This document shows positions 9,199 through 19,567 of a stretch of 64,000 nucleotides of DNA, piece after piece. The position numbers and the translations under genes were made by a program. Position 1 is the stretch's first letter, and each line of letters starts with the position of its first letter. The notes beneath the pieces are model-generated. The model was given only the letters and a program-made list of their open reading frames with translations. It did no database searches and had not been told where the DNA came from. The stretch comes from an uncultured Ignavibacteriota bacterium (GTDB taxonomy: Bacteria; Bacteroidota; Ignavibacteria; UBA10030; BY39): assembly GCA_947085405.1 (NCBI GenBank), contig CAMTWO010000022.1:50912-114911 (forward strand), written 5' to 3'.

Positions 9199-9579
9199 AT
9201 GAAATTACGTAATCTGTTCAGCCTGTTAGTAGTACTATTCGTATCTGTTTCAATACTATTCGCTCAAACTGAAACCAAGAAAACCGATGCAGCAAAAGAA
9301 AAACAAAAATCTTGCTGCCCAAGCGATAAAGCCGCAAAGTCGGAAGCTAAAGTAGATGGTAAAAAAGTGGATTGCACATCAAAAGATGCAACACACAAAC
9401 ACGATGGCAAATCGGATTGCATGAGCAAGGAAGTTAAAGATACTAAGAAAGAATGCGACAAGGGCGATGATTGCTGCCAGAAAACCGGTGCCAAGCACGG
9501 CGAGGATTGTTCAAAAACTAAAGATAGTAAACACGAATGCCCCGATAAAACTGAAAAGAAGGATACAAAGAAAAGTTAA
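9199..9579 (+). CDS. Small secreted Cys/Lys-rich protein (putative metal-binding)
   Basis: AAGGAG RBS and a signal peptide. The mature part has 10 Cys, including two CC pairs (SCCPSD, DDCCQK), and is very Lys/Asp rich. It lies immediately upstream of the HMA lipoprotein. Confidence 0.6.
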   Translation: MKLRNLFSLLVVLFVSVSILFAQTETKKTDAAKEKQKSCCPSDKAAKSEAKVDGKKVDCTSKDATHKHDGKSDCMSKEVKDTKKECDKGDDCCQKTGAKHGEDCSKTKDSKHECPDKTEKKDTKKS

Positions 9580-9590
9580 GGAATCAGATA

Positions 9591-9962
9591 ATGTATCAAC
9601 ATATTGTTCTTTCAGTAATGTTACTCAGTTTGTTGCTAACCGGCTGCGGACAGAAACAATCCTCCTCCGGCGGAGAACAACCGGCAGCAGTAAATCTTGA
9701 GACCACCACGATTAGTACCTCCTCGATTATGTGCGGTATGTGTGTTAGCACAATCGAAAAGGCGGTTTCGGGTGTTGATGGCGTCGAAACCGTTGAGGTA
9801 AACTTGCAGGAAAAATTGACAACTGTAAAATTCGATAAAGCAAAATTAGATATTGCCTCACTCGAAAAAACGATTTCTGAAGCCGGTTACGATGCCAACG
9901 AAACTCCGCGCAACCGTGAAGCATACGACGGTTTGCCGGGTTGCTGCAAAGATGGTAAGTGA
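9591..9962 (+). CDS. Heavy-metal-associated (HMA) domain lipoprotein, CopZ-like chaperone
   Basis: Lipobox (LLTGC). HMA motif MCGMCVSTIEKAVSGVDGVETVEV. C-terminal GCCKDGK. Confidence 0.85.
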   Translation: MYQHIVLSVMLLSLLLTGCGQKQSSSGGEQPAAVNLETTTISTSSIMCGMCVSTIEKAVSGVDGVETVEVNLQEKLTTVKFDKAKLDIASLEKTISEAGYDANETPRNREAYDGLPGCCKDGK

Positions 9963-10015
9963 ATTTTGAATATCTAATATCTAATTTCTAAATTCGAAAA
10001 TTAAAAAACAACAAG

Positions 10016-10046
10016 ACGCCAATGGTTAGCCGACATTGGCGTTTTT
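10016..10046 (+). terminator. Rho-independent terminator-like hairpin between the HMA lipoprotein gene and copA
   Basis: ACGCCAATG - 9-nt loop - CATTGGCGT followed by TTTTTAATT. Confidence 0.65.
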
Positions 10047-10063
10047 AATTAGGAGAAAGGTAA

Positions 10064-12505
10064 ATGCAACATATCGACCCTGTCTGCGGGATGGAAGTTG
10101 AACCAGATAGAGCAGCGGGAAAAAGTAAATACAAAAATACCGATTACTACTTCTGTGCAGTCGGATGTAAAAAGCACTTCGATGAAAACCCGGAATTCTA
10201 CATTAATAAACAAGTAGTCGGAATGCCTATCCAGATTAATATGCAGCCGGTTCCCAACATTTCATTCACTCATAATTCCACTCTTTCAACAAAAAAGGAA
10301 GTCTTAAAAAAGATTCAGCTTCCAATTATGGGTATGAGCTGCGCCAGTTGTGTATCAACAGTTCAAGAAAGTTTGAGTAAATTGCCGGGAGTAGTAAATG
10401 CTACTGTAAATCTTGCAACTGAAACCGCCACGATACAATTCGACGAAACCAAAGTGAACACAAGTCATTTCAAACACGCGGTCGAATCTATAGGTTACAA
10501 GTTAGCCGAAGTCCCGGAAGAAAATATCTGGGAGTTCGAAGAACAGGAGCATCAAAAAGAATACGTTCAACTTAGAATTCGTTTTATCTTCAGCTTACTT
10601 TTAACATTACCCATCAGTATTATCAGTATGTGGATGATGCTGGGTAATTCACCATTTTCTTTTTTCAGTCATCAGACGTGGAATTATATATTTTTCGTTC
10701 TAACGATCCCTGTTTTATTTTGGGCAGGCGACCGTTTCTTCAAGGGCTTTTGGGCAACTCTGAAACACCTCAGAGCTGATATGAATACTCTTATAGCTGT
10801 AGGTACGTCAGCCGCTTTTATCTATAGTTCTGCAATAACTTTTTCCCCATCCTATTTCACATCAAGAGGTCACGGTTTAAACGTTTACTATGATACGTCT
10901 GTGGTTATCATTACACTAATATTGTTAGGCAAATTATTGGAGATGCGATCGAAAGGTAAGACATCAGAAGCAATAAAAAAATTGATCGGACTTCAACCAA
11001 AATTAGCTTCTGTGATCCGAAATGGAAGAGAAATTCAAATTTCGATTGAACAAGTGGTGCTAGAAGATATTTTGGTAGTTCGACCAGGCGAAAAAATTCC
11101 TGTCGATGGTGTTGTTACAGAAGGATTTTCGAGTGTAGATGAAGGTATGATAACCGGCGAAAGCCTCCCTGTTGATAAACAAAAAGGAGATGAAGTAATC
11201 GGTGCAACTATAAATACGACAGGAAGTTTCAGGTTTCAGACAAAGAAGATTGGCAAAGATACAATGCTTGCGCAAATCGTGAAGTTGGTGGCTGAGGCAC
11301 AAGGCTCGAAGGCACCTATCCAGAATTTAGTTGACCGCATAGCAGCCGTTTTTGTTCCAACCGTTATAGGGATTGCAAGCGTTACTTTTCTAATTTGGTA
11401 TTTTGCATTAGGGTCATTTACGCCGGCAGTCATTAATTTTGTTGCTGTTATGATTGTGGCTTGTCCTTGTGCGTTGGGATTAGCAACTCCAACAGCGATC
11501 ATTGTAGGAACCGGAATCGGCGCCTTGAACGGAATTCTAATTAAAAATGCTAATATTTTAGAAAAGCTTAGAAAGACCAATGTGATCGTTTTCGATAAAA
11601 CGGGAACAATTACAACTGGAAAACTGAATGTTACAGATGTATTCCCTGTCAGTCCATATACAGAAGCAGAGCTGCTCCAGTATGCTGTTTCGATCGAATC
11701 ACTTTCCGAACACCCAATTGCAAAAGCGATTGTGAATTATTCAAAACAAAAAAATATTAATCCATCTAAAATAAATAATTTCAAATCTATTACTGGTTTT
11801 GGTGCAGAAGGAGATTTGAATAACAAACGAATTTACATCGGAAACGAAGAATTGATGAAGCAAAAAGGAATTACTATTCAAAAATCTTCGTTTGATTTAA
11901 CACCACATCAAGGTGAGATTTCTGTGTTTGTGGCGATTGACGGCAACTTCACCGGTATCATAACTATTAGCGACATTCTTAAGCCAGATTCAAAGATTGG
12001 TGTGAGCAAGTTACAACAATTAGGTTTAAAAACAATTATGCTTACCGGCGACAACGAGCGTTCTGCTGAAATTATGAGCAAATCTGTTGGAATAGAGGAA
12101 TACTATGCCAAAATGCTCCCTAAAGATAAGGTTGATAAAATTAAAGAACTTCAAGCAGACGGAAATCGTGTAATTATGGTTGGCGATGGAATAAACGACG
12201 CACCGGCTTTGGCTCAAGCAGATGTCGGAATTGCTATGGGAACTGGGACAGATGTCGCAATCGAAGCTGGAGATATTACATTAGTGAAGGGCGATTTGAA
12301 CGCTGTGGTTAAAGCAATAAAGCTTTCAAAGAAAACCGTAACTACTATATATCAAAATCTGTTCTGGGCTTTTATTTACAACATCATATTAATACCGTTA
12401 GCTGCTTTTGGAATCCTCGACCCAATGTTAGCAGCGGCTGCTATGGCTATGAGTTCGGTTTCGGTAGTCAGTAATTCGTTGAGATTAAAGAGGATGAAAT
12501 TTTAG
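10064..12505 (+). CDS. copA: Copper-translocating P1B-type ATPase with an N-terminal TRASH/YHS domain and an HMA domain
   Basis: Motifs present: DPVCGMEV...[12 protein letters not shown] (TRASH/YHS), GMSCASC (HMA), CPC in a TM helix, DKTGTIT and [10 protein letters not shown]. Confidence 0.95.
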   Translation: MQHIDPVCGMEVEPDRAAGKSKYKNTDYYFCAVGCKKHFDENPEFYINKQVVGMPIQINMQPVPNISFTHNSTLSTKKEVLKKIQLPIMGMSCASCVSTVQESLSKLPGVVNATVNLATETATIQFDETKVNTSHFKHAVESIGYKLAEVPEENIWEFEEQEHQKEYVQLRIRFIFSLLLTLPISIISMWMMLGNSPFSFFSHQTWNYIFFVLTIPVLFWAGDRFFKGFWATLKHLRADMNTLIAVGTSAAFIYSSAITFSPSYFTSRGHGLNVYYDTSVVIITLILLGKLLEMRSKGKTSEAIKKLIGLQPKLASVIRNGREIQISIEQVVLEDILVVRPGEKIPVDGVVTEGFSSVDEGMITGESLPVDKQKGDEVIGATINTTGSFRFQTKKIGKDTMLAQIVKLVAEAQGSKAPIQNLVDRIAAVFVPTVIGIASVTFLIWYFALGSFTPAVINFVAVMIVACPCALGLATPTAIIVGTGIGALNGILIKNANILEKLRKTNVIVFDKTGTITTGKLNVTDVFPVSPYTEAELLQYAVSIESLSEHPIAKAIVNYSKQKNINPSKINNFKSITGFGAEGDLNNKRIYIGNEELMKQKGITIQKSSFDLTPHQGEISVFVAIDGNFTGIITISDILKPDSKIGVSKLQQLGLKTIMLTGDNERSAEIMSKSVGIEEYYAKMLPKDKVDKIKELQADGNRVIMVGDGINDAPALAQADVGIAMGTGTDVAIEAGDITLVKGDLNAVVKAIKLSKKTVTTIYQNLFWAFIYNIILIPLAAFGILDPMLAAAAMAMSSVSVVSNSLRLKRMKF

Positions 12506-12549
12506 AAATTGCTTGCTTATTCGGAAACTGATTCGTATTTTAGATAAAA

Positions 12550-13398
12550 ATGAAGATAAAAGCATTCGCTAAAATAAATTTAGGTTTAAGAATCCTCAGA
12601 AAACGTGAGGACGGATATCATGATATTGAAACTGTATTCCATCGGATTAACCTATATGATAAGGTAGAATTTTCTACTGCAGACATAATTTCTATGGAAT
12701 GTGATAATCCAGAAATACCAGTAAATGAGAATAATTTATGTATTCGTGCTGCAGGGCTACTTAAACTGAAATTTAGGATAAACAAAGGAGTTCACATCAG
12801 ATTGCAGAAGAATATTCCGGTTGGAGCAGGACTTGGTGGTGGCAGCTCGGATGCTGCTGCGGTTTTACTCCATTTGTCAAAATTTTGGGGATGTGAAATT
12901 GATAAAAGTGAACTCAAAGAGATTGCATTAAGTTTAGGTTCTGATGTTCCATACTTTCTCTATGCGGGAACTGCTTACGCAACCGGCAGAGGTGAGAAAT
13001 TAGAATATTTTAAACTCGATATTCCCTATTGGATTCTTTTAGTCAATCCTCAAATTCATGTTTCAACGGCTTGGGCATATAAAAACGTGAATATCAAAAT
13101 GCCGAAGAATGCGACTAATTTAATGAATGATTTGATTGAGAATATACATAATCCAGAAGAGTTACGCGATTTGGTTACGAATGATTTTGAAGATGTAGTT
13201 TACAAACACTATGAAAAAATCAAAAACATCAAAATCCAGCTAAAAGAACTTGGAGCCGATTTCGCATTAATGTCAGGAAGTGGTTCTTCGGTTTATGGAT
13301 TTTTTAAAACTGAACCGGACGTAAATAAAATTTTACAATACATTGGCTCAGAACATAAAATATATGTTACAGAACCATTTTTCAATCCAATCACCTGA
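12550..13398 (+). CDS. ispE: 4-diphosphocytidyl-2-C-methyl-D-erythritol kinase
   Basis: KINLGLRILRKREDGYHDIETVF and the GHMP kinase loop GAGLGGGSSDAAA. Confidence 0.9.
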   Translation: MKIKAFAKINLGLRILRKREDGYHDIETVFHRINLYDKVEFSTADIISMECDNPEIPVNENNLCIRAAGLLKLKFRINKGVHIRLQKNIPVGAGLGGGSSDAAAVLLHLSKFWGCEIDKSELKEIALSLGSDVPYFLYAGTAYATGRGEKLEYFKLDIPYWILLVNPQIHVSTAWAYKNVNIKMPKNATNLMNDLIENIHNPEELRDLVTNDFEDVVYKHYEKIKNIKIQLKELGADFALMSGSGSSVYGFFKTEPDVNKILQYIGSEHKIYVTEPFFNPIT

Positions 13399-16300
13399 TA
13401 ATTATCATCTTCTTTGTCTGGGCGAAACTGCTATTCAATCCTGAAACAGAGATACGATAAAAGTAAACGCCGGTCGATACAAATGTTCCGCGTGCTGTTT
13501 TACCATCCCAGTTAACCGAGTAATTCCCTTCTATCTTCTCTTCCCCATCAATAAGTACTGCAATTTTTTGTCCGAGTATGTTGTAAACTTCGAGTGTAAC
13601 CTTGCCGGCAACCGGTAAACCGTATTCGAATACTGTCCCGGCGTTGAATGGGTTGGGATAGTTTTGCGTAAGCTGAAAATTGGAGGGAACAACCACTTCT
13701 TTTAAGTCAACGGGATTGAATGAAAATACATCCCTTGCTCGTAATGGATAATATGGATTAATTCTTAACACGTCGCCATCTTTAAAATCATTTTCTAATG
13801 TCGTTCGCCGCATGGCTACCAGATATATTAACGGTAGTTGCGGAAACTTATCCCTCATATCAACTTTTCTAACACTATACTGAGGTTTAGCAGTATCGCT
13901 ATATTTAGATAAATAAATTAGTATTATTTCGTCGCCGTCGTAATGCAGATACCACAAATTCCCGATTTTTAGATGAGGCGACGGATTCCATCTACCATCA
14001 ACATTTCCGGTGTAAATATACTCTTTTACAGAATCAGTCGGAGAGGTTTTTTTCCATCTATAAAGTGTATCGTTCCTTTCCACAATACCGATATCCAATT
14101 GTCTTAACTTATTTCCTTTTGCGTTAACCTCCCAGACTGTGAAGGGGACAACATACCCACTATCGATATTACCCATTCTATATTTTTCAAAATCTTGGTA
14201 TAAATAACCATAACCGGCTGTGTCTATTATAAATGGTCGAAATTCCGGATGTATTATTCTTCGTGGGGGACGGACTTCAAATCCTGTAATATATCTATAA
14301 GCTTTTTGTGTATATTTTTTATCGAAGTGAATTTCTACATATCTTAAGCTGTCGATATTTAAACCGCTCTGAATGTTCGTATATCTGCTGATACGAGGAT
14401 AAGTAATAAATCCTCTCCGATCAGTATATAAATCCATGCTTCGCCCTATTATTCCTGTAAACCAATTGTTAGACGAAGGAGTATAAACCCAATTTTTAAG
14501 TCCTTTATTCGTTGTTGTTGTACCTTTAGTTATTTTAAAACCATCAGTAACCGGTATGTTATGCCCTAATTCATCAGGCAATTTGTTTTTATTTAATAGA
14601 ATTTCACTTGTTGTTATATTTATTAAATTAAAAACTTTTGAAGTATCAATTTCTTCTATGCTAATTTGATAATTATTGTTTTTTAGCAATTCAGGATTTA
14701 TGATTCGCAGACCGAATACCCCTTCGGCTTCTCCGGTTTGTTGAACTGTAAATATTTCCTGTGAAGGGAATATTGTTTTATGAATTTTGATTTCAACTGT
14801 ATCATACCACACGTTTAAATATTTATCTACAATTCGAAATAACAATTTTTCTGTATCATCGCCCAATGCATTTTTTGAAATATTGAAAGATATATACTTA
14901 GCTGCATCTAAAAAGATACCGCTGTTTTGAATTAAATTAGTGCTAAATATAACAGGCAGCGATTCCTGATACGACTGTATATTTTTAGTTAATGGAAAAT
15001 AGCTCACCGAAAAATTCTCAAGCGTATCTCTTGATAAATTTTTAATTCCAAATGTGCATCTTACATTTTCTCCCGGATTTGCCTTGCCATCTGCATTGAG
15101 GTTATCTGATATAATTTTGAAATCGACTATTTGCATTGGACCGGCAGTAGTAATATGAGTTGCTACATCCTGCCAAATTATTTTATCTCCGCTTGTCTGT
15201 TCAACTTCAAGAGATAATCGGCTAGGGATTTTAGATTGATAAATAGTGATACTATTACCAAACACTCCATCGTTAGCTGCACCGTCGTTATGCAGTCCGT
15301 CGTCGTATAGTTGAAATATTTTTTGGACCCCATCTTTCTCGAGGGACAATATAGCTTTTACATTTATTGTATGTTGTGAATTCACTGTTACAGCAATGGA
15401 AGTTGAATCACTCGATAAATATCTTGATTTCCATTTTACAATCGGTAAATTTTTAAAACTATTATCGTAAGCCAAGCGGATATTGCTTGAAAGTTCACGC
15501 AATTTTGTAATTGAGTTCAAACGGTCTGAACCTTGAGCTATAAGCGTAGCAAAGATTACATCTTGTGAATCATTGGGAACTAATGTAAAAGGCCCGCTAT
15601 TTATCATCATTCTGCTATCGGATGGACCCCACGAGTACTGATTGAGCCAACCTGATACAGTTACAGGATCGCCGTCGAACATATATGTCGTTTCTATGTT
15701 ATCGATAGGATTGTAGATTGGTTTACAATTTTTGTGTTTACCACTCATTGCACAATAAGTATTAAAAATATCAGGCCAACTTATAGGACAACCTGCCTGA
15801 CCCGGATTACAAAGAGAATAAAATCCCGAAACTTGTAAATTCTTAAAACTATTAATAATTCTTCCAAAACTAATTGCCCGATCTTCTGGACCACCCATTA
15901 AAATAGGTCCCTGTAAAAGTTTAAAACCGACAGCAGGAGGTTTTTCTCCATAAGAATAGTATGGAGAAAAATCGGAGTCATCATCCAGACCGTTATAACA
16001 AAAACCTAATTGATGACTTTTTCCTCTTGTATCTAATCGCATATCGCATCCTACATAATCATCGGTATAATTCCCTAGGTCGGGATCTGACCAGAGCGTA
16101 ATGTATGCATCGTTCCAAGTATAATTGCTTTTGTTATGAATTTCAAATCTTAAAAACTGAACATCGGGTAAGGATGTATATGCCCATGCAGTCTTGCGTA
16201 TTTCAGCACCTAACGGCTTCGTTCTTCCCCATATCCAACTATGATATACTGAGTCAGCATCATTGTACACATAGAATAAAATCATATCGGGAATAGTGAA

Positions 16301-16870
16301 ACCACTTGGCATTTTTATTCCCGGTTTGTCTTTGTATGGATTCCATTTCCCGTCTTCATCCAAATCTATCCATGGAGCACCGTAATCAATGGGCCAGTTT
16401 AGCAAATCAGGATTAGAATTTGGATTATCAAAGTGAGGTTGAACTTTGTAAATTTTCAGATGGGGTTGCCGCCAGTCTTCAGGTAAACCTGTCCGCGGAT
16501 CAACTCTCCCCGGTCTATATTCACTTCCAAAATGTCCTGCGGTTGCCACCCTTATACTTTCCGATACTCCCGGTTCAAAAACTTTTGCACCAATCCATAA
16601 AGCTGAAGAAAATATAGCATGAATTCCACTCCCTTTGGGCCATTCAAATCCCCCTCCCCAAGTAGCAGGATTAGAATAAAAATCACCATCATTTCTAAAC
16701 CAAGCGGCAATATTGTTTACATCTAACAATTTCCGATCGATTACTTGTATCCCTTGCGATTTTTGTAGATTAACTCCCTCCAACTGTTTGTAAGGTTGTG
16801 CAAGAACAGAAACATTGATAGAAATAGTAATACCAGCAATCAAAAGCCATAGCGAAAATAATTTACGCAT
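13391..16870 (-). CDS. Large secreted T9SS-sorted protein, function unknown
   Basis: 1159 aa with a signal peptide and an AGGAGG RBS. The C-terminus (NYPNPFNAGTVFEYGLP ... GNYSVNWDGK ... GVYFYRISV) is a T9SS tail. Confidence 0.75.
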   Translation of the reverse strand: MRKLFSLWLLIAGITISINVSVLAQPYKQLEGVNLQKSQGIQVIDRKLLDVNNIAAWFRNDGDFYSNPATWGGGFEWPKGSGIHAIFSSALWIGAKVFEPGVSESIRVATAGHFGSEYRPGRVDPRTGLPEDWRQPHLKIYKVQPHFDNPNSNPDLLNWPIDYGAPWIDLDEDGKWNPYKDKPGIKMPSGFTIPDMILFYVYNDADSVYHSWIWGRTKPLGAEIRKTAWAYTSLPDVQFLRFEIHNKSNYTWNDAYITLWSDPDLGNYTDDYVGCDMRLDTRGKSHQLGFCYNGLDDDSDFSPYYSYGEKPPAVGFKLLQGPILMGGPEDRAISFGRIINSFKNLQVSGFYSLCNPGQAGCPISWPDIFNTYCAMSGKHKNCKPIYNPIDNIETTYMFDGDPVTVSGWLNQYSWGPSDSRMMINSGPFTLVPNDSQDVIFATLIAQGSDRLNSITKLRELSSNIRLAYDNSFKNLPIVKWKSRYLSSDSTSIAVTVNSQHTINVKAILSLEKDGVQKIFQLYDDGLHNDGAANDGVFGNSITIYQSKIPSRLSLEVEQTSGDKIIWQDVATHITTAGPMQIVDFKIISDNLNADGKANPGENVRCTFGIKNLSRDTLENFSVSYFPLTKNIQSYQESLPVIFSTNLIQNSGIFLDAAKYISFNISKNALGDDTEKLLFRIVDKYLNVWYDTVEIKIHKTIFPSQEIFTVQQTGEAEGVFGLRIINPELLKNNNYQISIEEIDTSKVFNLINITTSEILLNKNKLPDELGHNIPVTDGFKITKGTTTTNKGLKNWVYTPSSNNWFTGIIGRSMDLYTDRRGFITYPRISRYTNIQSGLNIDSLRYVEIHFDKKYTQKAYRYITGFEVRPPRRIIHPEFRPFIIDTAGYGYLYQDFEKYRMGNIDSGYVVPFTVWEVNAKGNKLRQLDIGIVERNDTLYRWKKTSPTDSVKEYIYTGNVDGRWNPSPHLKIGNLWYLHYDGDEIILIYLSKYSDTAKPQYSVRKVDMRDKFPQLPLIYLVAMRRTTLENDFKDGDVLRINPYYPLRARDVFSFNPVDLKEVVVPSNFQLTQNYPNPFNAGTVFEYGLPVAGKVTLEVYNILGQKIAVLIDGEEKIEGNYSVNWDGKTARGTFVSTGVYFYRISVSGLNSSFAQTKKMIIIR

Positions 16871-16969
16871 ACTACCTCCTGATAATTTAATTGACTTTAT
16901 ATTTATTGTATCAATATTCTAATACAGAAAACCGAGTAAAACTATAATCCGACCCTACTCTAATTGAAC

Positions 16970-17359
16970 TTACATAGTTTGCTTTGCTGCGTTCGGGTCG
17001 GCTTCATACTTCGACGGACACTTTGTTAATATTTCTGAGGCGTGGAAATAATCCTTGTTATATTTTCCTTTTATTACCACACTTGTAGCTATCTCAAAAT
17101 TGTTCGGTTTCGCTCCGTCGAACACTACTTTCATCGCCTTACCATCAGCATCCTTCATGTGAAAAATAAACTGCCCTTTATCAATGTCGAACGAGGTTGG
17201 TATATCCTTCACCCATTCACCGTTCACTTGTATCTTTTTAGTGGTCGCCATTGCATCTGTGAAAGTTCCATACTCAACATTACTCTCCAAAAACGAAGAT
17301 GCACCAAATATCAAGGCGCCAACGATAATTACGCTCGCCACAATTACTTTTATTTTCAT
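16970..17359 (-). CDS. ccmE: Cytochrome c maturation heme chaperone CcmE, CxxxY variant
   Basis: N-terminal TM anchor plus an OB-fold-like body. ILTKCPSKYE aligns to E. coli LAKHDENYTPPE, with Cys in place of the heme-binding His. It follows ccmABCD. Confidence 0.8.
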   Translation of the reverse strand: MKIKVIVASVIIVGALIFGASSFLESNVEYGTFTDAMATTKKIQVNGEWVKDIPTSFDIDKGQFIFHMKDADGKAMKVVFDGAKPNNFEIATSVVIKGKYNKDYFHASEILTKCPSKYEADPNAAKQTM

Positions 17360-17370
17360 TTTACTGCCTT

Positions 17371-17505
17371 TTATTCTTTATTAATTTTATCTTCTAATTT
17401 TTTTATTTTTTTATCTAACGAAAATAGATAACCGAATATGCCAAACCAGCATATTAAGGTAATAATCAAAACGATGTATAGTGAGTTCTGATTTAAAAAT
17501 TCCAT
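17371..17505 (-). CDS. ccmD: Small membrane protein, CcmD-like
   Basis: 44 aa from the internal ATG (MEFLNQNSLYIVLIITLICWFGIFGYLFSL...). The ATG overlaps the ccmC stop (TAATG). Single TM helix, in the canonical position between ccmC and ccmE. Confidence 0.6.
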   Translation of the reverse strand: MEFLNQNSLYIVLIITLICWFGIFGYLFSLDKKIKKLEDKINKE

Positions 17506-18194
17506 TACTCCTGCTCTTTCATTTGTTGTTGATACATTAATTTTGAAAAACGTACTCTCAGATTGAACATCCAATAATAAACAGCCGTGAACCCTGTTAG
17601 CGATGCGAGGAAGATTACAAGCATTGTGGGATTCATGTGAATCTTTCCTTGGGGATTTATGATTGGATCGGGATGTAGGCTTGAGACGATACGTGGTATT
17701 ATGAATATAAAGAATGGTACTGTTAATCCTGCAATGATAGAATAGACCGCTGAAAGAGATGCACGTTTTTCCTCAACCTCGATAGATGACCGAAGCGCAA
17801 AGTAGGCGCCATAAATAAGCAGCAATACAAATATTGAAGTTTGGCGCGGATCCCAATTCCAGAAAGCGCCCCAACTAAACTTCGACCATATTGCACCTGT
17901 AACAGTTGCTAATATGCAAAACAAAAATCCTAAACCGGCAGCAGTAACCGACTTTATATCATATAATATTTCTTTAGTCCTCAAATATTGAATCCCATAA
18001 ATGAGAGCAGTTATGAATGCAATTACGCAAACCCAAGCTGTCGGGACGTGAAAGAAAATAATTCTCGCTTTGTCCTCGAGACCCGGAACGACAGGCAATT
18101 CGAAAAATGAACTCGGATTGGAAACCATCGGAAGGGCGATTCCTGCGATTATTACTAACGTCAGCCCGATGCCTAATATTATTTTAAATACCAT
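17505..18194 (-). CDS. ccmC: Heme exporter protein CcmC
   Basis: Polytopic membrane protein with the tryptophan-rich WWD motif WGAFWNWDPRQ. Confidence 0.9.
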   Translation of the reverse strand: MVFKIILGIGLTLVIIAGIALPMVSNPSSFFELPVVPGLEDKARIIFFHVPTAWVCVIAFITALIYGIQYLRTKEILYDIKSVTAAGLGFLFCILATVTGAIWSKFSWGAFWNWDPRQTSIFVLLLIYGAYFALRSSIEVEEKRASLSAVYSIIAGLTVPFFIFIIPRIVSSLHPDPIINPQGKIHMNPTMLVIFLASLTGFTAVYYWMFNLRVRFSKLMYQQQMKEQE

Positions 18195-18251
18195 AAAAAT
18201 ACTTGATAAATTTCTATTTAAAAATACAAAATAGTTTCTTCAGTAGCAAGG

Positions 18252-18932
18252 TTAATCTTTCCAAACATAATCGAATAACAGATACGATACAGCAGTAATT
18301 ACAACGAAATATGCTATCATAACCTGAAAATCGCCCATAGCTTTTGCAATCTCAATTCCTTCGAGTGCCGATTTTGTTGATTTAATTACGATCATTAGTA
18401 ATGGTAACAAAATTGGAAACGAGAGCACAGGATAAAGTGTCCCCTTTGTGTTCGATTTTGCAATTATGGCTGCAATTATTGTTGATGCGGCAGATAAGCC
18501 AATCGTTCCCAAAAATATTGTTAGCAGGAAAATATCATAGCTTTTTATTATAAAACTCGGAATTAAAATAAGATACAACACCACCGTAAATATATTCATT
18601 AAAAATAACAGTATTAAGTTGAACAGCAATTTACCGAAAAATACGGTGGATGGTTTAGCAATAAGATGAAGCGTCATCACAGTTCCCCTTTCCTCTTCGC
18701 TCACAAATGTGCGAGCCATTCCAGACATTGCAGAGAAGAAAATTACGATCCAAAGAATACCTGCCGATATTTCGATTGAAGGAGCTTCGTTCGCGATGGC
18801 GAATAAGATAATTGCGAGAGTAGTAATTACGAACATAATCAAAGCGTTCAAAGCATAACGGGTGCGTAATTCCGAACGGAAATCTTTTATAAATATTGTG
18901 AGTGCAGAATTTATGTTGAAGATTTTATTCAC
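18252..18932 (-). CDS. ccmB: Heme exporter permease CcmB
   Basis: 226-aa protein with 6 TM helices between ccmA and ccmC. Its start overlaps the ccmA stop. Confidence 0.8.
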   Translation of the reverse strand: MNKIFNINSALTIFIKDFRSELRTRYALNALIMFVITTLAIILFAIANEAPSIEISAGILWIVIFFSAMSGMARTFVSEEERGTVMTLHLIAKPSTVFFGKLLFNLILLFLMNIFTVVLYLILIPSFIIKSYDIFLLTIFLGTIGLSAASTIIAAIIAKSNTKGTLYPVLSFPILLPLLMIVIKSTKSALEGIEIAKAMGDFQVMIAYFVVITAVSYLLFDYVWKD

Positions 18933-19567
18933 TTCGCTTTATTCCGGAATTGGTTCAGGTCAATCTCTTGATTGCAGAATTGAATATCTTCGGAATCGTT
19001 TGTTGCAACAACCACGCAGCCAGATTGTTTTTGTTCTTGTATAATTTGATATACAACTGAGATTCCTTCGGCATCTAAATTTGAGCGAGGTTCATCGAGT
19101 ATCAAAAGCGGCGGTTTGTGTAATAATGCGAAGGCATATTTTAAACGCTGTTTCATCCCCGAAGAATATTCACGAACATAACTGTCCTTCCGCTCGTAGA
19201 GATTTACTCGGTTTAAAAGTAAGTCGATATACCCTTTTTCCACTCCGATATTTCTGATACGAGAGAAGAGTTCAAGGTTTTCGATGGCTGTGAACTCATC
19301 ATACAACTGCAGATACGGAGCGACAAATCCAAAATGTTTGTAGCGGTTCTCCAAATCGATCGCCTTGTCGTTCAAATAAAAGTCCACCTGCCCGTTTGTC
19401 GGCGAAAGAACACCGGCAAGTATTTTAACAAGAGTCGATTTCCCCGAACCATTTCGACCGGTGATCGCTAATGCTGATTTATTTTCTAATTGAAAATTAA
19501 TATCGGAAAATACTTTCCTGCCGTTAAAAATCTTTTTAATATTTTGAACTTCTAATTTTATATCCAT
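18929..19567 (-). CDS. ccmA: Heme ABC exporter ATP-binding protein CcmA
   Basis: Walker A (GRNGSGKST), signature-like YSSGMKQRL and Walker B (LLILDEP). Confidence 0.85.
   Translation of the reverse strand: MDIKLEVQNIKKIFNGRKVFSDINFQLENKSALAITGRNGSGKSTLVKILAGVLSPTNGQVDFYLNDKAIDLENRYKHFGFVAPYLQLYDEFTAIENLELFSRIRNIGVEKGYIDLLLNRVNLYERKDSYVREYSSGMKQRLKYAFALLHKPPLLILDEPRSNLDAEGISVVYQIIQEQKQSGCVVVATNDSEDIQFCNQEIDLNQFRNKAK

Noticed and set aside
13391-13398. 8-bp convergent overlap of ispE and the large T9SS protein gene
   Set aside because: It is real but looks trivial. The convergent stop codons overlap, and I could see no additional signal.
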